Below, piece by piece: positions 28,483 through 35,938 of a stretch of DNA of 64,000 bases. The position numbers and the translations under genes are program-made. Below the pieces are notes generated by a model, which was given only the letters and a program-made list of their open reading frames with translations, was not told the DNA's origin and ran no database searches. Each line of letters starts with the position of its first letter. Position 1 is the first letter of the stretch. Source of the stretch: Chthoniobacterales bacterium (GTDB lineage: Bacteria > Verrucomicrobiota > Verrucomicrobiia > Chthoniobacterales > DASVRZ01); assembly GCA_036525185.1 (NCBI GenBank), contig DATDAW010000002.1:72856-136855 (forward strand), in the 5' to 3' direction.

Positions 28483-28950
28483 TCAGACTTTGATTCGGTC
28501 GCGCATGCCGCCCAATGTGAACGTGCGGACCATGTCGCTCGCCAGAAAATCATGCGGGAATCCCAGGGAGGTGGCGCTGGCTTGATCCAGCCTCTTGAGT
28601 GGTTCCGGAGAAAAGGTGATGTCCAGACTCCCGATGTTATCCGCCGGTTGAGTGAGTCTCCGGGCGCCGATGATGGGAATCACCGGAACCGGCCGAAGGC
28701 GGAGCCACGCGAGGGCAACCTGGGCCGGAGTGACTTCCATTTCCCTGGCGAGCGCTACGACTTCCTGGATGGTCCGTTCATCCGATTCGCTTGCGGTGCC
28801 GACCCCTTCAACATTTCGCTGTTAAGCCGGGCGCTTGCATCTGCGGCGTTCGCCGGGTTTTCGGAGAGATATTTCCCTGTGAGCAATCCACCGCGCAGGG
28901 GCGACCAGGCCAGTCATTTGCTGATCCCTGGCTACGGGAATCAGCTCCCG
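28483..28950 (-). pseudogene. aldo-keto reductase, C-terminal third only, frameshifted
   Basis: Three frames needed: ELIPVARDQQMTGLVA / LAWSPLRGGLLTGKYLSENPANAADASARLNSEMLKG / (TAA rc 28822-28824) VGTASESDERTIQEVVALAREMEVTPAQVALAWLRLRPVPVIPIIGARRL...DFLASDMVRTFTLG. Confidence 0.7.
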
Positions 28951-28951
28951 G

Positions 28952-29085
28952 CCATTGAAGGGCGGATGGCCGCCACGAGTAGTCGTGCTGCCGATCCACA
29001 GCAGCAGGTCGGATTGCTGGGCGCGGAAACGCGGGAGCACGGCGCGGTTGACGCGTTGCGCGCCGAGGTCTCGGACCGTTGTGCA
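28952..29085 (-). pseudogene. internal fragment (~45 codons) of an SDR gene paralogous to 30274..31176
   Basis: DLGAQRVNRAVLPRFRAQQSDLLLWIGSTTTRGGHPPF versus intact VLGSQRINRAVLPRFRAQQSGLLLWIGSTTTRGGHPPF; roughly 80 percent nt identity to about 30712-30835 by eye. Confidence 0.7.
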
Positions 29086-29097
29086 GTCTCGAAAGCG

Positions 29098-29466
29098 ATG
29101 GCGGTGAATCCGCTGGAGGATGATTTGCTCGATCCGCTCCTGCGGTTGCTCGAGCTTTTGGATCAATCTGGCCATATTCCGATGCTGGCGCCTCTCATCG
29201 AGCGCGAGCTCCTCTACCGGCTGGTGCTCGGCATTTCAGGGCCGTGACAAACATGAGTCCCCTCCAGTTTCAAAAGCAGATCCGGCTGCGAGAGGCGCCG
29301 CAGGTTGTTATCCCAGAACGCGGACGCCGCCAGTGTCGGCTTCGAGGTCGGTTACGAAAGCCCATCTCAATTTAGCCGCGAATACCGTAGATTATTCCGT
29401 GCGCCGCCTGGCCGGGACACGACACAAATGCGTCGTGTGTTGTTACTCCGCGGCAGTGGTTCGTGA
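29098..29466 (+). pseudogene. AraC-family regulator, N-terminus missing, internal deletion and frameshift
   Basis: VNPLEDDLLDPLLRLLELLDQSGHIPMLAPLIERELLYRLVLG (AraC_N-type domain) then TGA 29245-29247. Next MSPLQFQKQIRLREA, a frameshift, then LLSQNADAASVGFEVGYESPSQFSREYRRLFRAPPGRD to TGA 29464-29466. Confidence 0.7.
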
Positions 29467-29491
29467 CCGTCTCCCGAATTCTCGACGCTGG

Positions 29492-29707
29492 TCAAGTTGA
29501 GTGAAGGACATTTTCGATCAACCGGATGGAACCCGCCATTGGATTCGCCATTGAGCCGTGCGAAATGGCCAGCAATTTTGGAATTCCGTGTGTCATCATG
29601 ATGATGCCGAAAGCGGCGCGCAGGAGCGAAGAGCTAACAGGTCCTGCGGCTGCATAGAGCCTTTCAAGCGAGGGAAACAACAATTTAACAGGCGGGCGCG
29701 CTGGCAT
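29492..29707 (-). pseudogene. DoxX-like membrane protein, N-terminal ~70 codons only
   Basis: MPARPPVKLLFPSLERLYAAAGPVSSSLLRAAFGIIMMTHGIPKLL resembles the first DoxX TM/HG.KL motif; truncated 26 nt from the AraC stop. Confidence 0.45.
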
Positions 29708-29759
29708 TTTTCTAGAAGCAAGATTAGGAACGGTAATAGTGTCACAACAGGTTGTCGTT

Positions 29760-29900
29760 GTGGTGGCGTAGCTAGAAGAAACGTTTTGGCGCCCTGCGCG
29801 TAATCCGCCTTCCGTGAGCAAGGAGCGACGCACAATTCACGATCTCCTCCGGTGTCCCGAAGTTCTCGAGTGACGCGAGATTGGGCAACTCCGGCTTTCT
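29760..29900 (-). pseudogene. possible SDR C-terminal tail remnant
   Basis: NFGTPEEIVNCASLL then, in another frame, SRKADYAQGAKTFLL, resembling (R)xGTPEEIAxxVxFLxSxxAxYxTGQ of SDRs. Confidence 0.3.
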
Positions 29901-30273
29901 TTTTATGTGCGCGGATCCCACGGGGTTTGTTTGCTGCGGGCTTGAGTGGTTCATTGGAGTTAAAAGTAAGACGGGCTGCATGTTTGTTACAGTCAGAACG
30001 TTGGAATAGCGATTATTCGGAAAATGAATGAGCCGTCAATGAATTGTAGGTATCGCATTTCTTCCATGTCATAGCGTATTCTTCCGCGGGAATGTGTGTC
30101 AGCCAACGGTCAAAATCGTAACGAAGTGTGACGGCCTGTAAGCGCCGGCATACTTTGTTACAAAATTGTTGTGCCGGTTTGGAATCCCTTTGACGGGCGA
30201 GAGAAAGGAGCAATACAGCGAGTCGGTAAGGTCGAATTGAAATTCGAATCTGGAATGACTTGCGAAGGCCCCG

Positions 30274-31176
30274 TCAAAAACGCCGGGTGAGTGTCGGAGT
30301 TAGCAGGTCGCCGATGCCCATGCGGTGCGCAAAATCGATCCGGACCTGATCGGCGACGGCGCTCACTTCCTTGCAGCCATCGCCGAGAAAATCGATGATC
30401 GTGCGGAAAGGTCGGTTGCCCGGAGCGAGACTGACGACCCGCGCCACTTCGTCGGCCACGGCTTGGGGATCGGCGTGATCCGGTGTGAGCCGGGAGAGCC
30501 GTGTTCCGATGGCGTCCAGGATGCCTTGGTAACGCGCGTCGTAGTCTGAGACCGTTTGCGCATCGGACGGTTTACCAGCATTGGGAAAATGCGAGGTGCC
30601 CTTCGTGAAGGCTCCGGGAACGACGATTGTCGTCTCGATGCCGAATCGCGCGACTTCGTAAGCGTAGTCAACGGCCAGAGAGTCCATCGCCGCCTTTGAC
30701 GCGGCATACGGCCCCATGAAAGGCGGATGACCGCCACGTGTGGTCGTGCTGCCAATCCACAGGAGCAAGCCGGATTGCTGGGCACGGAAGCGGGGAAGGA
30801 CAGCTCGATTGATGCGCTGCGAGCCAAGGACATTCACGTCGTAGGCTTTTATCATTTCTTCCGGGGTAAAGGCTTCAGCGGGACCGACCAGGAGGTGTCC
30901 GGCATTGTGGATGACGACGTCGAGCTGGCCGTGTTCGTGATAGATAGTATCGACGGCGCCGTCTGCGGAGTCCTGCGATTGAACATCGAGTTCCAGTGGG
31001 CGAAGGTCCGCCTTGTGTTTGCTGGCGAATGCTTCCAATTCGCGGACGGCCGGAGCGTTGCGGCCGGCGATATCGCGCATGCTGGCGTAAACGGTGTGGC
31101 CGGCTTTTGCCAGAGTGTGGGCACATAGTTTGCCAATGCCACTGGAGGCGCCCGTAATTAGGATGATGGATTTCAT
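30274..31176 (-). CDS. SDR-family oxidoreductase (classical)
   Basis: ORF 30274..31299; ATG rc 31174-31176 gives MKSIILITGASSGIGKLCA; NAGH, YAASKAAMD. Confidence 0.85.
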   Translation of the reverse strand: MKSIILITGASSGIGKLCAHTLAKAGHTVYASMRDIAGRNAPAVRELEAFASKHKADLRPLELDVQSQDSADGAVDTIYHEHGQLDVVIHNAGHLLVGPAEAFTPEEMIKAYDVNVLGSQRINRAVLPRFRAQQSGLLLWIGSTTTRGGHPPFMGPYAASKAAMDSLAVDYAYEVARFGIETTIVVPGAFTKGTSHFPNAGKPSDAQTVSDYDARYQGILDAIGTRLSRLTPDHADPQAVADEVARVVSLAPGNRPFRTIIDFLGDGCKEVSAVADQVRIDFAHRMGIGDLLTPTLTRRF

Positions 31177-31225
31177 GGAATGGAGTGATGCGGAATGAAT
31201 GTAGTTTGGTTGGCGGACGAACGGG

Positions 31226-31705
31226 TCAGGAGCGGGCCAATCGATGTTGCAGCGCGTGCGAAGCCCATCCGGCGAAGGAGCCGAGTGCGGCGGCGCCACC
31301 GAGTTCCAGGAGCGACTCGGGTGAGGGTTCGCGATGCGACGCGAAGTAGGAGATCAAGCCGAGGAAGTAGCAGAGGAGGTTGTTCAATACCGGCACGGCT
31401 CGAAGGGAAACGACGATCATGGCCACGGCGAACACGACCACGGATAGCGTAAAGACGCCGAAAGTGGATTTGAGAGTGCCGATAGCGAGTGCGGCGAGAA
31501 TGCCAAACGTGATTCCCAGAAGAACGCAGCCAAGGTTAATTAACCCGTCGCGAACGTTAACTCCTCGGGTGAAAAAGGCGACCCAGCCAATGAACATGGC
31601 CCATACCGGCAAGGTGAGTGTCAGGCTCGCTCCCGCAGCGAGGGCGGCGGCAACCGCCGCTACAGCCGTAAAGAGGAAAAAAGTAAACAGAGATGGTGTT
31701 TTCAT
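31226..31705 (-). CDS. DUF1097 (YcdZ-like) inner-membrane protein
   Basis: 159 aa, 4-5 TM; WAMFIGWVAFFTRG and NLLCYFLGLISYFASH align by eye with E. coli YcdZ WAGFLGCTAYFA / FVPGTFIGACATFAGQ. Confidence 0.6.
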   Translation of the reverse strand: MKTPSLFTFFLFTAVAAVAAALAAGASLTLTLPVWAMFIGWVAFFTRGVNVRDGLINLGCVLLGITFGILAALAIGTLKSTFGVFTLSVVVFAVAMIVVSLRAVPVLNNLLCYFLGLISYFASHREPSPESLLELGGAAALGSFAGWASHALQHRLARS

Positions 31706-31756
31706 AAGTGTTTCTTTGCGAGGTTAGAGTGCGATTTGTGACTGATGGGTGTAGGG

Positions 31757-32530
31757 TTAGACGATGCCGCCGTTGGCCCGGAGGGTTTGTCCGTTGACCC
31801 AGCCGCCATCGGGACCGACAAGAAACGAAACGACTCCGGCGATATCTTCGGGCCGGCCCAGCCGCTCGAGAGGAGCCATTTTGGCCATGTGCGCGATTTG
31901 CTCCGGCGTTTTGCCGTCGAGGAACAGATCGGTGGCCGTTGGTCCGGGAGCCACGGCGTTCACGGAAATTTCGCGGCCGCGGAGTTCCTTGGCGAAGATG
32001 TTCGTCAGCGTCTCCACTGCCGATTTCGTGGCGGCGTAGGGCGCGTAGCCGGGCAGCGCAAGTCCGACGACACTCGTGGAAAAATTCACAATCCGGCCAC
32101 CCTGGCGCAGCCGCTTGGCCGCGATTCGAAGGGCGTTGAAGGTTCCCTTCACATTGATAGCAAAAAGGCGGTCAAACAGCGCGTCGTCCGTATCCACCAC
32201 ATTCACAAAGCCGGTCTGCATGATGCCGGCGTTGTTAACGATGATGTCGACTCCACCAAAGGCTTCTTCCGCTTTGTCGAAAAGCGCGGAGACTTCAACG
32301 GGTTTGGAGACATCCGCCTGCACCGCGATGGCTTGTCCGCCTCGGGCCTGGATTTCCCGGACGACTTTCTCGGCGTCGCCGGCGCGTCCCGCGTAATTGA
32401 TGATTACCGCGAGGCCGTCGTCGGCGAGGCGTTTGGCGATCGCTGCACCGATGCCGCGTGAAGAACCGGTGATGATGGCGACTTTGGGTAAGCTGGCTGA
32501 GTTCGTTGGCTGGGATTCGATGTTGTTCAT
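31757..32530 (-). CDS. SDR-family oxidoreductase (FabG-like)
   Basis: AIITGSSRGIGAAIAKRL, NNAGI, YAATKSAVE; divergent from LysR gene. Confidence 0.9.
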   Translation of the reverse strand: MNNIESQPTNSASLPKVAIITGSSRGIGAAIAKRLADDGLAVIINYAGRAGDAEKVVREIQARGGQAIAVQADVSKPVEVSALFDKAEEAFGGVDIIVNNAGIMQTGFVNVVDTDDALFDRLFAINVKGTFNALRIAAKRLRQGGRIVNFSTSVVGLALPGYAPYAATKSAVETLTNIFAKELRGREISVNAVAPGPTATDLFLDGKTPEQIAHMAKMAPLERLGRPEDIAGVVSFLVGPDGGWVNGQTLRANGGIV

Positions 32531-32604
32531 GACGCCGCCACTGTGCTCGGGGCAGTCGTTTTCTTGTAGCCATTGGATTTGGGTAATGCTTATTCAGAAA
32601 CTGA

Positions 32605-33525
32605 ATGACACCGTACGATGACCTCTCGCTTTTGCGTGCTTTCGTGCGCATCGTGGAAAGCGGCAGCATTTCCGCTGGAGCGCGCACGCTCAAAGTTCCG
32701 CAGCCCACGCTGAGCCGTTACTTGCGGACTCTGGAGGAACGCAGCGGGGCAGCCCTCCTGCGGCGCGATACGCATCGGATGAATTTGACGGAAGCGGGAC
32801 ACCGGCTGTTGGCGGATGCGCGGACTCTGTTATCGCTGGCGGAGGACGCAACACAGCGATTGCGAGACGATCAGACAGGACTGCGCGGCCACCTGCGGCT
32901 GTTTGCGACGATCGATTTTGGGCAATCCACCGTTACCCGACTCATCACCCGTTTTTTGCAGGCACATCCTGGTGTCACTGCTGAATTGGGCTACAGCAAT
33001 CGCCCGTTGCAAATGATCGAAGGAGGGTATGATGCCGGTGTCACCGTGGGCACGATCACCGACGAGAGCGTGGTTGCCCGGCCGGCTGGCAAAGTGGTGC
33101 GTTATCTTGTGGCCGCGCCGCGTCTCGTGGAGGGCCGTCCCGCGGTCAAAGAGCCGGGGGATTTGCAGTCGTGGCCGTGGATTTCGCTATCGGGCGTTCA
33201 ATTTGGTGGACCCGACAGGGTCGCGCTCACGTCGCCCAAACGCGATGGAGCGACGCTGCACATTGCGCCCGTGCTGATTTCTGAGGGTGTGACGAGCCTG
33301 CGTGAGGCGGTGCGGGCTGGACTTGGCGTGGCGGTCCTGCCGGATTGGCTCGCGCGAGAGGACCTGGTTTCGGGGCGGCTGGTTCGCGTCCTGCCGCTCT
33401 GGAATGCAAAGGAACTGCCGGTTCACGTTATTTATCAAGGCCAGCGGCTGCTTCCCGCCCGTGTTCGGGCGTTCGTCGACTTTGCCGTGACGTACATGAC
33501 GACTGAAATGCACACGAACCCGTGA
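32605..33525 (+). CDS. LysR-family transcriptional regulator
   Basis: LSLLRAFVRIVESGSISAGARTLKVPQPTLSRYLRTLE HTH plus LysR substrate domain. Confidence 0.9.
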   Translation: MTPYDDLSLLRAFVRIVESGSISAGARTLKVPQPTLSRYLRTLEERSGAALLRRDTHRMNLTEAGHRLLADARTLLSLAEDATQRLRDDQTGLRGHLRLFATIDFGQSTVTRLITRFLQAHPGVTAELGYSNRPLQMIEGGYDAGVTVGTITDESVVARPAGKVVRYLVAAPRLVEGRPAVKEPGDLQSWPWISLSGVQFGGPDRVALTSPKRDGATLHIAPVLISEGVTSLREAVRAGLGVAVLPDWLAREDLVSGRLVRVLPLWNAKELPVHVIYQGQRLLPARVRAFVDFAVTYMTTEMHTNP

Positions 33526-33572
33526 GCAGCGGGGCAAAGTCCATCAGGCTGTTGGCGGAGGCGGTTATTGAA

Positions 33573-33790
33573 CTACTCCTCAAACACCTGGGCGTTCATT
33601 TTCCAGAGCAAATCATCGGCCGTTTTCGCGATCTGAGTAAAGGTCGGTGAGTTTGTTAATGATCGAAGCGGCTTCGTCAAAGAACCCGTGGAGGACAATA
33701 AACTTGGACCTTCGAATGCCGCCGGAGTCATGGCCGCATGGTTTCGAAAACGGTATGCAATCCATAGACGCCCAGCATCGGTTTCGCCAT
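33573..33790 (-). pseudogene. possible decayed small ORF (~72 codons over three frames), family unknown
   Basis: MAKPMLGVYGLHTVFETMRP* / GHDSGGIRRSKFIVLHGFFDEAASIINKLTDLYSDRENGR* / QIAKTADDLLWKMNAQVFEE*; three contiguous open segments that join up if two frameshifts are allowed. Confidence 0.25.
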
Positions 33791-34004
33791 GCAGGAGGTG
33801 TTAACCTGCCTATAACAAGTTACCCCGTCGCCTGCTCAAACAAACCAGTCTTTCGCAATTCACCTTGTGATCGATTTTTATTCCTGGCATTTGGTGGATA
33901 TTTTTCTACCCCATTTGGTGGGGAAAGAGTATCCACGGCCGGAAAGTGTAAATGGGTTTACTCATAACTTTCGTTTTTTCGTTCAGCACGCGACGGCTTA
34001 AATG

Positions 34005-34032
34005 TTGACCGTGGCGGAATTTTCAACATATA
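34005..34032 (+). promoter_or_regulatory. sigma70-like promoter candidate for the SDR gene at 34099
   Basis: TTGACC (34005-34010), 16-nt spacer, CATATA (34027-34032); embedded in inverted repeat ATGTTGA-n13-TCAACAT. Confidence 0.3.
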
Positions 34033-34098
34033 GCTGCGGCCTGATCTTCTGCGTTTATTTCAATTACGAGGTAACAAGGAGCAAAAAGGGCAACTCTT

Positions 34099-34839
34099 AT
34101 GAACAATCGAAAGCTTGAAGGAAAAGTAGCGCTCGTAACCGGTGCTTCCAAAGGGATTGGCGCCGCAATCTCCAGGGCACTGGCAGCGGAAGGCGCTGCC
34201 GTCGTCATCAACTATTCTTCCAGCAGCGAAGCGGCCGAAGCCGTCGTCGGGGAAATCAGTGCTTCTGGCGGAAGAGCCATCGCTGTAAAAGCGAACGTTT
34301 CAAGGAAAGCGGACATCGACGTGCTCCTTTCCGAAACAAAAAAGGCCTTTGGCAAACTGGATATCCTGGTCAACAACGCCGGTGTTTACGCGGCCGAGCC
34401 GATTGGTTCGATCACGGAAGAGAGCTTTCACAAGCATTTCAACTTGAACGTGCTCGGCCTGATTCTCACAACGCAGGAGGCGATTCCATATTTCGGTCCG
34501 GAAGGTGGCGCGATCGTCAACATTAGTTCTGTGGTTGCAAAACTGTGCCCGCCGGGAGTAGCGGTTTACAGTGCCACAAAGGGCGCTGTGGACTCCCTCA
34601 CCCGCTCTTTCTCCCGGGAGCTGTCCGGCCGGAATATTCGGGTGAATGCGGTAAATCCCGGCTTGATAGCGACCGAAGGAGTGCATGCCGCGGGTTTCGT
34701 TTCGGATCCTTCGGAACCCAGTCCATTGGGGCGCATTGGCAAACCGGAAGATATAGCACCGATCGTTGTCTTCCTGGCATCAGACGACTCACGTTGGATC
34801 AACGGAGAAGTTCACTATGCGACGGGAAGTTTGATCTGA
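34099..34839 (+). CDS. SDR-family oxidoreductase (FabG / glucose 1-dehydrogenase-like)
   Basis: ALVTGASKGIGAAISRAL, NNAGV, YSATKGAVD; visibly lower GC than neighbours. Confidence 0.9.
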   Translation: MNNRKLEGKVALVTGASKGIGAAISRALAAEGAAVVINYSSSSEAAEAVVGEISASGGRAIAVKANVSRKADIDVLLSETKKAFGKLDILVNNAGVYAAEPIGSITEESFHKHFNLNVLGLILTTQEAIPYFGPEGGAIVNISSVVAKLCPPGVAVYSATKGAVDSLTRSFSRELSGRNIRVNAVNPGLIATEGVHAAGFVSDPSEPSPLGRIGKPEDIAPIVVFLASDDSRWINGEVHYATGSLI

Positions 34840-34897
34840 GGAATCTTTTCGCGGGGGATATTGACGCTCGAAAAGCGGTAAAAAGCATTCCATACCT

Positions 34898-35368
34898 ATG
34901 ATGAACTTAAATACCTTCACTCTTGTCCATATCCTAATCAGTCTTGCGGGCATCGTATCAGGCCTGGTCGTTCTCGGCGGCTGGTTGGCAGGGAAACATT
35001 ACAAACGTAGATCCTTATTTTTTCTCGCTACTACTGCGATCACAAGTGTTACGGGATTCTTTTTTCCTTTTGCCGGATTTACTCCTGCTTACGCGGTAGG
35101 AATCCTTTCGCTAATTGCCTTGGCGCTGTCCATGTACGCTCTATATGCCCGGAAACTTGCTGGCTCCTGGCGGATGACCTATGTAATCACGGCCCTAACG
35201 GCGCTTTACTTTAACTTTTTCGTTCTCGTCGCCCAGCTCTTTCAGAAGACTCCCGCGTTGAAAGAACTCGCGCCAACGCAGGCTGAGCCTCCGTTTGCGA
35301 TCTCACAAGGACTCGTCTTCATCGGGTTTGTTGTGATGGGTGTGGCGGCCGTTCGGCGTTTTCGCTAG
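34898..35368 (+). CDS. hypothetical 4-TM membrane protein
   Basis: 156 aa; TMs LVHILISLAGIVSGLVVLGGWL, FFLATTAITSVTGFFFPF, AVGILSLIALALSMYALY, VITALTALYFNFFVLVA, LVFIGFVVMGVAAV; first 60 nt about 40 percent GC by count. Confidence 0.6.
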   Translation: MMNLNTFTLVHILISLAGIVSGLVVLGGWLAGKHYKRRSLFFLATTAITSVTGFFFPFAGFTPAYAVGILSLIALALSMYALYARKLAGSWRMTYVITALTALYFNFFVLVAQLFQKTPALKELAPTQAEPPFAISQGLVFIGFVVMGVAAVRRFR

Positions 35369-35426
35369 AGGCATGAGAGTACTCCAACAGTGACGGTGAG
35401 CTACGAATTGCTGGATGACGGCGCAC

Positions 35427-35498
35427 GGTTGTAGCGGCGGTCTGTGACAGGCGATCTCTTGGAGAGCCGACGGCAGTCACAGATCGCCGATTACAACC
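35427..35498. repeat. 72-bp imperfect palindrome, REP-like element
   Basis: GGTTGTAGCGGCGGTCTGTGAC ...27 nt... GTCACAGATCGCCGATTACAACC; arms pair over about 19-20 bp. Confidence 0.8.
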
Positions 35499-35938
35499 GA
35501 ATAAGTCCGCGGCTGAGCTGTCTGATGAGCAGGTGCATGCGCGAGTTCCAGTTCACCGCAATCAAAGGTGCGTTTCTCGCACGACTCGATAATGCGCCAA
35601 CATTGCCGTAACAAGCATTGGCACGAAGAGAGCGTAATTGCGATCCACCCGCTGTAACCCCGGCCTGCCCCGCAGACGTTTTAGGATCAGGCCCTGCGCC
35701 GCTCAACCAGCTAAACCATGGCGTATCATCCCCGTCTGCGAAACGAACCGAATCGGGCTTCGAGACAGATCACCGCGAACGATGCGCGGTCCATCTCGAA
35801 AAAACTGAGTTCAAGTCGGAAGCTGTACTTTCGGCACTTCCATCCGCGGAAGGTTATTTCTTCGAAAAAGATGGCGATAGGCGCGGCGATCTTGGGAGAG
35901 TAGCGCAATGAGAATATTCCTACAGCGATTCAACGGCT

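Noticed and set aside
30013-30273. A 66-aa ORF (30013..30213) lies in the same frame as, and directly downstream of, the SDR stop codon (rc 30274-30276). Considered as a stop-codon read-through extension.
   Set aside because: A same-frame placement has a 1 in 3 chance. The SDR ends at a family-typical position. The downstream peptide has no recognisable domain and lies in AT-richer DNA that looks like further relic sequence.
33647-33967. 106-aa plus-strand ORF in the LysR-SDR spacer, and the 134-aa minus-strand ORF 36948..37352.
   Set aside because: The composition is not protein-like, with no motifs. They overlap better-supported features: the frameshifted relic on the other strand, and the Zn-ribbon and 4-TM genes.
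35427-35498. Integron attC site or gene cassette hypothesis for the 72-bp palindrome and the galT segment bracketed by repeat copies.
   Set aside because: The outer ends read GTTGTA...TACAAC. This is the reverse of the attC arrangement (RYYYAAC at the 5' end, GTTRRRY at the 3' end), and GTTGTAG does not fit GTTRRRY. There is no integrase or attI in the window.
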